From: Zymomonas mobilis subsp. mobilis ATCC 10988
Lineage (GTDB): Bacteria; Pseudomonadota; Alphaproteobacteria; Sphingomonadales; Sphingomonadaceae
DNA: 32,000 nt
NCBI RefSeq assembly: GCF_000175255.2
Contig: NC_017262.1
Span: 780,001 to 812,000, forward strand
Reading direction: 5' to 3'
A program made the translations under genes and the position numbers. Under the pieces are notes generated by a model that saw nothing but the letters and a program-made list of their open reading frames with translations, was not told the DNA's origin and ran no database searches. Below, one piece after another: positions 1-8,370 of this stretch. Positions within the stretch are counted from its first letter, which is position 1; every line of letters starts with the position of its first letter.

Positions 1-677
1 AAGGTATTAGCCATACCACCACCGATGATCAGATGGTCAACCTTGGAAACAAGGTTGGTCAGAACGTCGAGCTTGGTAGAAACTTTAGCACCACCGACAA
101 CGGCTGCGACCGGATGGGTCGGCTTACCAAGGGCAGCTTCAAGAGCTTCTAATTCTTTCTGCATGGCACGACCAGCGAAAGCAGGCAGCTTGTGAGCCAG
201 ACCTTCGGTCGAAACATGGGCGCGGTGAGCAGCCGAGAAAGCATCATTGACATAGAAATCGCCGAGCTTAGCTACTTCTGCTGCCAGAGCCGGATCATTC
301 TTTTCTTCACCAGCATAGAAGCGGGTGTTTTCAAGAAGAGCAACGGCACCAGGATTCAGGGCATCAACGGCTTTTGCTGCAGCTTCACCTTTGATGTCAT
401 TGATGAAGTGAACCGGACGACCCAGAACGCCAGCCAGCGCATCTTTGATGCGAGCCAAGGACATTTCAGGATTCGGCTGACCTTTTGGACGACCGAAGTG
501 AGCCAGAATAAGGACTTTGGCGCCCTTTTCAGCCAATTCATTAACGGTCGGGATTGCAGCGCGCAGACGAGTATCATCCGTAACGCGATCGCCATCCATA
601 GGAACGTTCAGATCTTCGCGAACAAGAACGCGCTTACCTTTGACGTCACCAATATCATCTAATGTACGAAAAGCCAT
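1..677 (-). CDS. pgk: Phosphoglycerate kinase, N-terminal ~225 codons (3' end runs off the left edge)
   Basis: Absent from the ORF track because the frame stays open to position 1. The reverse complement of 677..600 translates to [26 protein letters not shown], a typical PGK N-terminus. An AGGAGGA Shine-Dalgarno (complement of 682-688) lies 4 nt upstream. The gene lies directly downstream of gap, as in the gap-pgk operon. Confidence 0.93.
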   Translation of the reverse strand, partial: MAFRTLDDIGDVKGKRVLVREDLNVPMDGDRVTDDTRLRAAIPTVNELAEKGAKVLILAHFGRPKGQPNPEMSLARIKDALAGVLGRPVHFINDIKGEAAAKAVDALNPGAVALLENTRFYAGEEKNDPALAAEVAKLGDFYVNDAFSAAHRAHVSTEGLAHKLPAFAGRAMQKELEALEAALGKPTHPVAAVVGGAKVSTKLDVLTNLVSKVDHLIIGGGMANT

Positions 678-837
678 TATATCCTCCTTTTGGCCGCCTT
701 ATATCATAAAGCGGATCTGATAACGGAGACAGCCTCCTTACGAGACCCAGCTATAACGGATATATCCCATAACGGGCCTGTATCAGGAGGTTAATGCTGC
801 AATCAGCTTAATAACTAACTGCAGTAATTAAGAGGCA

Positions 838-870
838 TCCCGCCCCTTGCCACAAGGACAAAAAGCGGGA
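838..870 (-). promoter_or_regulatory. Stem-loop in the gap-pgk intergenic region (candidate mRNA 3'-end / stability element)
   Basis: Plus strand reads TCCCGC(838-843) CC CCTTG(845-849) CCA CAAGG(853-857) ACAAAAA GCGGGA(865-870). This gives nested complementary arms 30-70 nt downstream of the gap stop on the transcribed (minus) strand. From memory, differential gap versus pgk expression through segmental message stabilisation has been reported for the Z. mobilis gap operon. Confidence 0.5.
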
Positions 871-899
871 CAACCCTTTTACCGATAAGATCGCAAAAA

Positions 900-1913
900 C
901 TAGAGCGTTTTAGCCATCTGAGCAGCGGTATCGACCATACGATTGGAGAAGCCCCATTCGTTGTCATACCATGCAACAACGCGAGCCAGCTTACCTTCGA
1001 GAACAGCCGTTTCACGGCTATCAACGGTGGAGCTGTGCGGATCGGAGTAGAAGTCACGGGAAACGAGGGGTTCGTCGGTGTAACCGAGAACGCCAGTCAT
1101 ATCACCGGTGTCAGCAGCGGCTTTAAGAACGCTGTTGATTTCTTCTGCGGTCGTGTCACGCTGCGGAACGAAGGTGAAGTCAACAAGGCTGACATCCGGG
1201 GTCGGGACGCGGATGGAGATACCATCCAGCTTACCTTTGAGTTCCGGGATCACGAGAGCAACAGCGCGGGCAGCACCGGTGCTGGTCGGGATCATGGAAG
1301 CGCTGGCCGTGCGGGCACGACGCAGATCAGAATGGATCTGATCGAGGATGCGCTGATCGTTGGTGAAGCTGTGAACGGTGGTCATCAAACCACGAACGAT
1401 ACCGATTTTCTGCTGAAGAACATGCAGAACCGGAGCCAAGCAGTTGGTGGTGCAAGATGCGTTGGAAACGATCTTGTCATCTGCGGTCAGGTCTTTGTGG
1501 TTCACACCATAAACAACGGTGCGATCAACATCGCCTTTAGCCGGAGCAGAAATCAGAACCTTCTTGGCACCTGCGGTCAGATGAGCAGAAGCTTTTTCGG
1601 TGTTGGTGAAGATACCCGTGCATTCCATCACGATATCAACGCCAAGCTTTTTGTGCGGCAGATTGGCCGGATCACGTTCAGCGGTGACAACAATTTTCTT
1701 GCCATCGATGACCATGTCGTTACCTTCGGTGGTAACGGTACCCGGATAGGTGCCATGTGCACTGTCACGCTTGAACAAGAAAGCGTTGCCTTCAACGCTA
1801 CCCAGGTCATTGATGGTAACCAGTTCAAGTCCAGAATCCGGACGCGACAGAATTGCACGCGCAGCCAGACGGCCGATACGGCCGAAGCCATTAATCGCAA
1901 CTTTAACCGCCAT
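900..1913 (-). CDS. gap: Glyceraldehyde-3-phosphate dehydrogenase (337 aa)
   Basis: N-terminus MAVKVAINGFGRIGR (NAD-binding motif) and active site SNASCTTNCLAP. AGGAGA RBS upstream (reverse complement ...TTAGGAGAATAAAC ATG). Strong codon bias. Confidence 0.98.
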   Translation of the reverse strand: MAVKVAINGFGRIGRLAARAILSRPDSGLELVTINDLGSVEGNAFLFKRDSAHGTYPGTVTTEGNDMVIDGKKIVVTAERDPANLPHKKLGVDIVMECTGIFTNTEKASAHLTAGAKKVLISAPAKGDVDRTVVYGVNHKDLTADDKIVSNASCTTNCLAPVLHVLQQKIGIVRGLMTTVHSFTNDQRILDQIHSDLRRARTASASMIPTSTGAARAVALVIPELKGKLDGISIRVPTPDVSLVDFTFVPQRDTTAEEINSVLKAAADTGDMTGVLGYTDEPLVSRDFYSDPHSSTVDSRETAVLEGKLARVVAWYDNEWGFSNRMVDTAAQMAKTL

Positions 1914-2218
1914 GTTTATTCTCCTAACTTATTAAGTAGCTATTATATTCCATAGCTATTTTTTAACGTGCCGACTTACCGGCGATCGCGGCCAACACCT
2001 TGTTCGTGATGCCGACTGCGGTCAAGCCGAAATGAGCATATAGATCATTCGCCGGGGCCGATGCACCAAAAACATCAATACCATAACGAAGACCATTTAT
2101 TCCAGTATACCGTTCCCAGCCAATTGTCGTCCCTGCTTCGATCGAAACGCGTAAAATTGTCGATTGAGGCTGATCGGGCAAAACGTCATTACGATAGGAT
2201 TCGGGTTGTTGATCGAAC
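1914..2218 (-). promoter_or_regulatory. gap promoter region (Pgap), overlapping the 3' end of tkt
   Basis: The reverse complement reads GTTCGATCAACAACCCGAATCCTATCG...GGCACGTTAAAAAATAGCTATGGAATATAATAGCTACTTAATAAGTTAGGAGAATAAAC-ATG. It contains a TATAAT hexamer ~30 nt before the RBS. From memory it matches the ~305-bp Pgap fragment used as a strong constitutive promoter in Z. mobilis engineering. Transcription start sites cannot be read from the sequence. Confidence 0.6.
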
Positions 2219-3954
2219 AAGGTCCAACTCGGCATCGACACGACATCTGCCCCAAAACCTGCTGTTTCTAGGAGGTCTGCGACCTCAACAGCCAAGGAAA
2301 CCTCTGATCCTGTTGCCATCAAAATAACCCGCCTTTTGGCAACAGCCGACCGGAGACGATAAGCCCCGCGCGCCGAAAGATTTTCATCCGCCGATTCGCG
2401 TAGCAACGGTAAGTTCTGACGGGACAAAACTATTAATGAGGGGCCATCAATATTTTTCAAGGCCAGTTCCCAACATTCTGCCGTTTCAACCGAATCAGCA
2501 GGCCGGAAAACTCTTAAATTAGGAATCAAACGCAAAGACATAACTTGTTCAATCGGCTGATGAGTCGGGCCATCTTCCCCAACACCGATCGAATCATGGG
2601 TCATGACATAGACGACTCTTGTCTTTTGCAAAGCCGACAGTCGGATTGCAGGGCGGCTATAATCAGAAAAGGCAAGGAAAGTACCGCCATAAGGAATAAC
2701 CCCACCATGAAGGGCCAGACCATTCATCACCGTCGCCATCCCGAATTCACGAATACCGTAATGGATGTAGCGACCGCCATAATCAGCTGACGATAGGGTC
2801 GTCATGCCCTTGGGCTTGGTATTATTAGACGGCGTAAGATCAGCCGAACCGCCAACCAATTCCGGTAACTGACGAATCAGAACGCTCAAAGCCATTTCCG
2901 AGGCTTTACGAGTTGCCATCGGCATAGCCGAGCTGATGATATTGTTCTTATGGTCTGTCAGATCAAAATCTTGCGGCAACTGCCCCTTAGTGATCCGCAA
3001 AAATTCGTCTTTATCTTTATTCGCCTCAAGGCGCTCTTTCCATGCGTGATATTCGTCAAGATGACGCGTGCCCAGTTCTTTCCATTTTTTCAGGATGTGA
3101 TGGGGGACAGTAAAGTCAGGGCTAGTCCATTCCAAAGCCTCACGGGTCAACAGAATTTCTTCTTCCCCTAATGGCGTTCCATGAGCGGCCGCCGTCCCCT
3201 GTTTTCCTGGGGAACCATAACCAATCGTTGTCCGGCAAGCGATCAAGGAAGGTCTAGGATCAGCAATAGCTTCATCCATGGCCTTGATAATGGATTCTGT
3301 ATTATGACCATCACAAGCCACAACATGCCAACCACAGGCACGATGACGCGCCATCACGTCTTCTTTGCGTGAAATAGTAACGTCACCATCGATGGTGATA
3401 CCGTTATCATCCCACAAAACATTAAGATTTCCTAAGCCCAGTCTAGCCGCAATCCCAACAACTTCATGGTTAATACCTTCCATCAGGCATCCGTCACCGG
3501 CAATGGTCCAAACACGGTGATTAACGATATCTTCACCGAATTGAGCCTTCAAATGACGTTCAGCCAAGGCCATTCCAGCCGCCATCCCGATTCCCTGTCC
3601 CAGAGGGCCCGTAGTTGCTTCAACCCCTGACAGCAAAGTATTTTCAGGATGACCCGCGCAACGGCTACCCAGCTGCCGGAAATTCTGGATGTCCTCTAAG
3701 CTAGGTTCATCATATCCAGTCAAATATAACAGGGAATAAAGCAGCATACATCCATGACCACCGGACAAGACAAAGCGGTCACGATCCGGCCATGTCGGAT
3801 CTTTGGGGTTAAATTTTAAATAGCGCCCAAAGAGGATGGTTGCGACATCTGCCATACCCATCGGCAACCCCGGATGCCCGCTATTAGCGGCCTGGATAGC
3901 ATCCATCGACAAGGCACGAATGGCATTAGCGAGGTGTCGATACGGAACAGACAT
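1963..3954 (-). CDS. tkt: Transketolase (663 aa from the ATG at 3954; the ORF is open to a TTG at 4002)
   Basis: LANAIRALSMDAIQAANSGHPG (transketolase N-terminal signature), GDGCLMEG (TPP-binding motif) and a full-length match to the family architecture. The MSVPYRHLANAIR start fits the family N-terminus better than the 16-aa TTG extension. Confidence 0.95.
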   Translation of the reverse strand: MSVPYRHLANAIRALSMDAIQAANSGHPGLPMGMADVATILFGRYLKFNPKDPTWPDRDRFVLSGGHGCMLLYSLLYLTGYDEPSLEDIQNFRQLGSRCAGHPENTLLSGVEATTGPLGQGIGMAAGMALAERHLKAQFGEDIVNHRVWTIAGDGCLMEGINHEVVGIAARLGLGNLNVLWDDNGITIDGDVTISRKEDVMARHRACGWHVVACDGHNTESIIKAMDEAIADPRPSLIACRTTIGYGSPGKQGTAAAHGTPLGEEEILLTREALEWTSPDFTVPHHILKKWKELGTRHLDEYHAWKERLEANKDKDEFLRITKGQLPQDFDLTDHKNNIISSAMPMATRKASEMALSVLIRQLPELVGGSADLTPSNNTKPKGMTTLSSADYGGRYIHYGIREFGMATVMNGLALHGGVIPYGGTFLAFSDYSRPAIRLSALQKTRVVYVMTHDSIGVGEDGPTHQPIEQVMSLRLIPNLRVFRPADSVETAECWELALKNIDGPSLIVLSRQNLPLLRESADENLSARGAYRLRSAVAKRRVILMATGSEVSLAVEVADLLETAGFGADVVSMPSWTLFDQQPESYRNDVLPDQPQSTILRVSIEAGTTIGWERYTGINGLRYGIDVFGASAPANDLYAHFGLTAVGITNKVLAAIAGKSAR

Positions 3955-4168
3955 TACAAGATACCTAAAAAATTGGAAGAAAAGGTCGATATTTCCGGCC
4001 AAAAATGACAGAAACTGGAAGACGCGGCTTTATTAGTCTTTTGCCACCGGAAAGGTCAACATGCCGGACAGCCACGCACGACAAAGAATAACCTTTAGAT
4101 GCAAAAAACCCTATAAAAACAATAAAAGGCCATATTGAGGCATAGCCTCAACATGCTATGGGCTAGAT

Positions 4169-4450
4169 ATGCCTCAAGATCGTCTTTCACATGCCCTTAA
4201 CCGTCTGTCACAGGCTCTTATCCGTCTGGAAGAAGCAGACCACCGGCGTATAGCCGATCATGATATTGCTGCGCGTTACCAAAAATTACGCGAAGCGACT
4301 GAACAGGCCTTGGCTCGTATCGACAGTCTTCTGTCTGGAAACATCCAAGAATCCTATAAAAGCTCTTTCCCAACAAAAGAAGATAGAGAAAAGCTGGCAG
4401 ACAGTCTGTCTGATGCGAAAGCCTCAGAAGCCTCTCAAGAAAAGAAATAA
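4169..4450 (+). CDS. Small coiled-coil protein, DUF4164-like (probable ZauP-type ZapA partner)
   Basis: 93 aa, helical and charged (LSHALNRLSQALIRLEEADHRR...YQKLREATEQALARIDSLL). It lies upstream of zapA and divergent from tkt, an arrangement I recall as conserved in alphaproteobacteria. The ZauP assignment is from memory of the Caulobacter zauP-zapA pair. Confidence 0.6.
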   Translation: MPQDRLSHALNRLSQALIRLEEADHRRIADHDIAARYQKLREATEQALARIDSLLSGNIQESYKSSFPTKEDREKLADSLSDAKASEASQEKK

Positions 4451-4660
4451 AAAGCTACCTTCGGAATCATCCGCCCTCTCACAAAAGCAAGAGCCATAAA
4501 TTATAAATAATGAGTGGCAAAATATCTAACGGCTCCTATTGTTGCAGTTGTCAAAATGGACATCGTGGAATCATTAAAAATCTGCCTGCGTGATTGAATA
4601 TAGGCAGGCAAGAACCAACATTACTTTCTCTTATCCATCCTAGGCGGGGGAATAGAAAGT

Positions 4661-5053
4661 ATGGCACAGAATAGTGAGCAATTAGTTCGGCAGGTTTTTG
4701 AAACGCTTAGCGACTTCAACCGTCCGGCAGAAGAAATGCTGGCTTTTTTTACAGAAGATTATCGCCAACTTGTTGACGGCAAAGAATTAGGGCTTAATGA
4801 TTTTCTTATTCATATCAAAGCCTTGCGCCAAAAATTAAAAGCACTCGAAATTGATATTCAGCATATCATCAGTAATAATGATGCGGCGGCAACCGTGCAT
4901 ATTGCCCATGTCACTCGGGCTTCTGGTGAGAAAAGCCGGATCAAAGTCGTCGCTTTTTACAGCTTTCGAGATGGAAAAATTGCCTTTGTTGACGAATTAA
5001 CGCATCCGCTTGAAGGCAAAGAAGGGGATCAAGCGCTAGGCTCAGTTCAATAA
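4661..5053 (+). CDS. NTF2-like / SnoaL-like domain protein (130 aa)
   Basis: The pattern is typical of SnoaL/NTF2-fold proteins: VRQVFETL...FFTEDYRQLVDGKE...IISNNDAAATVHIAH...VAFYSFRDGKIAFVDELT. GGGGGAA RBS 8 nt upstream. Confidence 0.7.
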   Translation: MAQNSEQLVRQVFETLSDFNRPAEEMLAFFTEDYRQLVDGKELGLNDFLIHIKALRQKLKALEIDIQHIISNNDAAATVHIAHVTRASGEKSRIKVVAFYSFRDGKIAFVDELTHPLEGKEGDQALGSVQ

Positions 5054-5245
5054 GATTCTTTCATTATAGTAAAAAAACAGGTCTTCAAGCCGTTAACTCT
5101 ATTACCCTGCCAATGCACGTCCCCTGTCATTGGCAGAGACCTAAAAGCTCTGTATTTTATCCTGTAATTGTTGCGTTTATAAAGGGATAAAGTGACGAAG
5201 GTGACTGTTCCACAAAACCGGCAACATTGAAGACAGGAACAGATT

Positions 5246-5647
5246 ATGGCGCAAGTAGATATAATAATTGGCGGGCGTAATTATCAGCTGGCCTGCCGCG
5301 ATGGTGATGAAAACCGCCTTCGCTTCCTTGCTGATATTGTCGATAAAGAAGTCGCAAAGGTCAGCGAACAACTCCATGTCGCAGGCGATATCAGACGTTT
5401 AATGCTGGCCTCTTTGTTGCTGGCCGATCAAAATGAAGACATCAAAAGCGAAGCCAGCGATGCAGAATCCCAAAATCAACAGCTCCAGCAGCAAAAAGAT
5501 CAACTGACGGAAAGCCTAAAACTTTGTCAGGAAAAGCTAAAAATGGAGCAAGAGGAAAAAGAACGACTGGCAGTTTTGATCGAAGACTATGCAGAAAGAA
5601 TGGAAAATATCGTAAATCGCCTTGATGATGAAGCGCAAGCATCCTAA
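5246..5647 (+). CDS. zapA: Cell division protein ZapA with an extended Q/E-rich coiled-coil C-terminus (133 aa)
   Basis: N-terminus MAQVDIIIGGRNYQLACRDGDENRLRFLADIVDKEV is the ZapA domain pattern. The C-terminal heptad-like region runs QNQQLQQQKDQLTESLKLCQEKLKMEQEEKERL. AGGAA RBS upstream. Confidence 0.85.
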   Translation: MAQVDIIIGGRNYQLACRDGDENRLRFLADIVDKEVAKVSEQLHVAGDIRRLMLASLLLADQNEDIKSEASDAESQNQQLQQQKDQLTESLKLCQEKLKMEQEEKERLAVLIEDYAERMENIVNRLDDEAQAS

Positions 5648-5651
5648 ATAG

Positions 5652-5820
5652 GCAGACGGCGGTTCTGCGCGGTGCGCGCTCTAGCAATTATCCCTGAGGC
5701 TATAAATACATCCAAGGGAGCTGTCCCTGTTCGAATCTTGGTTCGATGCATACGGTGCCCACCTGACGTTTGGGCGTCAGTGGATATTCAAGCAAACGGC
5801 CTGGCAGCGGTTCCGCCACT
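5652..5820 (+). ncRNA. ssrS: 6S RNA (SsrS) candidate, ~170 nt; ends approximate
   Basis: Starts a few nt after the zapA stop, matching the zapA-ssrS synteny known from E. coli. UCCCUGAGGCUAUAAAUACAUCCAAGG (5691-5717) resembles the E. coli 6S segment CCCCUGAGCCGAUAUUUCAUACCACAAG (from memory). The hairpin CCCACCUGACG-UUUGG-GCGUCAGUGG (5758-5783) resembles the E. coli CACCUUGAACC-AAG-GGUUCAAGGGU element. GGCGG/CUGC (5658-5668) can pair with GCAG/CCGCC (5805-5817) as an interrupted closing stem. Confidence 0.6.
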
Positions 5821-5827
5821 TTAATAT

Positions 5828-5850
5828 ACAGGTCAATGACACTGTTTTTC
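5828..5850 (+). terminator. Weak intrinsic terminator candidate after the 6S RNA
   Basis: ACAGGTCAATGACACTGT forms a ~7-bp stem with one bulge and a 3-nt loop, followed by TTTTTC. Confidence 0.35.
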
Positions 5851-6090
5851 TTAGAATGACCGCATCCAATAGCGGATTATAATTCTGCGATCTCTCTTAT
5901 CGCTCTTCAAACCATACGGACAGAGCATTGGTCTAACTAACCAGACTAATCGACTCGAAATATTTCTCAGCATCGTTAACTGTCGAGCTAAATAGCGATG
6001 GGGCTTCACAAAAAACAGGTCACCCTTTTTCTATTTTGCATCCTCATACCCACCCGTCTCAAATCAGCTTAGAATTTTCAGCGAACAGAC

Positions 6091-6123
6091 AAAAAAATCC
6101 CTGTTCTGACGAACAGAACAGGG
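6091..6123 (-). terminator. Intrinsic terminator of thiC
   Basis: Minus strand reads CCCTGTTCTG-TTCGT-CAGAACAGGG (10-bp perfect stem) followed by ATTTTTTT. It lies ~40 nt downstream of the thiC stop. Confidence 0.85.
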
Positions 6124-6164
6124 ACAGGGAACAAGGGTAAACTAGGGAGTAAGCAAAATAAGAA

Positions 6165-7979
<1,815 letters not shown>

Positions 7980-8057
7980 TTATGCATCCTTCTTGCAGGT
8001 CAACCATCAGGCCGACCGGAAAAAGGCTTTCGGCCGACGGATAAGAAGCAAGGTCTG

Positions 8058-8162
8058 ATGCCTTCCCTCCCTACGCCGGTGTTAAGCCGGATCAGGTTCG
8101 ACGGGTTAGAGCAATCAGCTCATTCTCAGCCGTATTTATACGGCCCCCCGGGGATGCCTCTG
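8058..8162 (-). promoter_or_regulatory. TPP (THI-box) riboswitch in the thiC leader
   Basis: Minus strand reads ...CCCCGGGGGGCCGUAUAAAUACGGCUGAGAAUGAGCUGAUUGCUCUAACCCGUCGAACCUGAUCCGGCUUAACACCGGCGUAGGGAGGGAAGG. It contains the conserved CUGAGA (complement of 8124-8129), ACCC, GAACCUGAUCCGG (complement of 8087-8099) and ACCGGCGUAGGGA elements of the THI element, ~80 nt upstream of the thiC ATG. Confidence 0.92.
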
Positions 8163-8370
8163 TCATTACGCCGAAAGGAAAAGGATAGCAACCCGATCAA
8201 ATGACTTTTGCCGATAAAAAACGATTTCACATACATGTTTTGCAACAAAAAAGAACGATACAAATAAACCACACTCAGAATATGAAACATAAATGACATT
8301 TTGTTGAAATATTGATGCAAAAATCAGCTCTTATCCCCTTCCTGCAATCAAGTTACAGGGGATACAATCT

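Noticed and set aside
1035-1955. Very long ORFs antisense to highly expressed or conserved genes. Examples are the 306-aa frame opposite gap and similar frames at 192-662 (pgk), 6234-7766 (thiC, three ORFs), 14510-15238 (tolA), 15476-15739 (tolR), 23284-23910 (pyk) and 25407-26015 (trmB).
   Set aside because: I checked the arithmetic. Each is in the codon-aligned antisense frame; for example, 1911-1035, 675-192, 7977-6540, 15251-14510, 23908-22918 and 26013-25317 are all multiples of 3. In that frame, stops arise only opposite sense codons TTA, CTA and TCA, which biased genes avoid. The translations are low-complexity (R/G/S/F-rich) with no RBS. They are shadow ORFs, not overlapping genes.
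3955-4002. N-terminal extensions in the ORF track: tkt to a TTG at 4002, pal to 12662, the dehydrogenase to a TTG at 18314, the peptidase to 29344 and the ABC ATPase to 31998.
   Set aside because: In each case an internal ATG has a better-placed Shine-Dalgarno. It also yields the family-typical N-terminus: a signal peptide or lipobox for pal and the peptidase, and conserved first residues for tkt, the dehydrogenase and the ABC ATPase.
4510-4593. A 27-codon Cys-rich sORF (MSGKISNGSYCCSCQNGHRGIIKNLPA) in the spacer after the ZauP-like gene, which could be a RiPP-like or metal-binding peptide.
   Set aside because: No Shine-Dalgarno (the upstream sequence is CCATAAATTATAAATA), no neighbouring modification or export genes, and a length within chance expectation for an AT-rich spacer. 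Revisit only if Ribo-seq shows translation.
5730-5750. A tRNA-like T-loop sequence, GTTCGAATC.
   Set aside because: No complementary T-stem, acceptor stem or anticodon arm can be drawn around it. It falls inside the apical region of the 6S RNA candidate.
8058-8370. The idea that the TonB-dependent receptor is a thiamine-regulated transporter because it neighbours a TPP riboswitch.
   Set aside because: The riboswitch motifs read correctly only on the minus strand and lie in the thiC leader. The receptor is transcribed divergently from the other strand, so it is not under this riboswitch.
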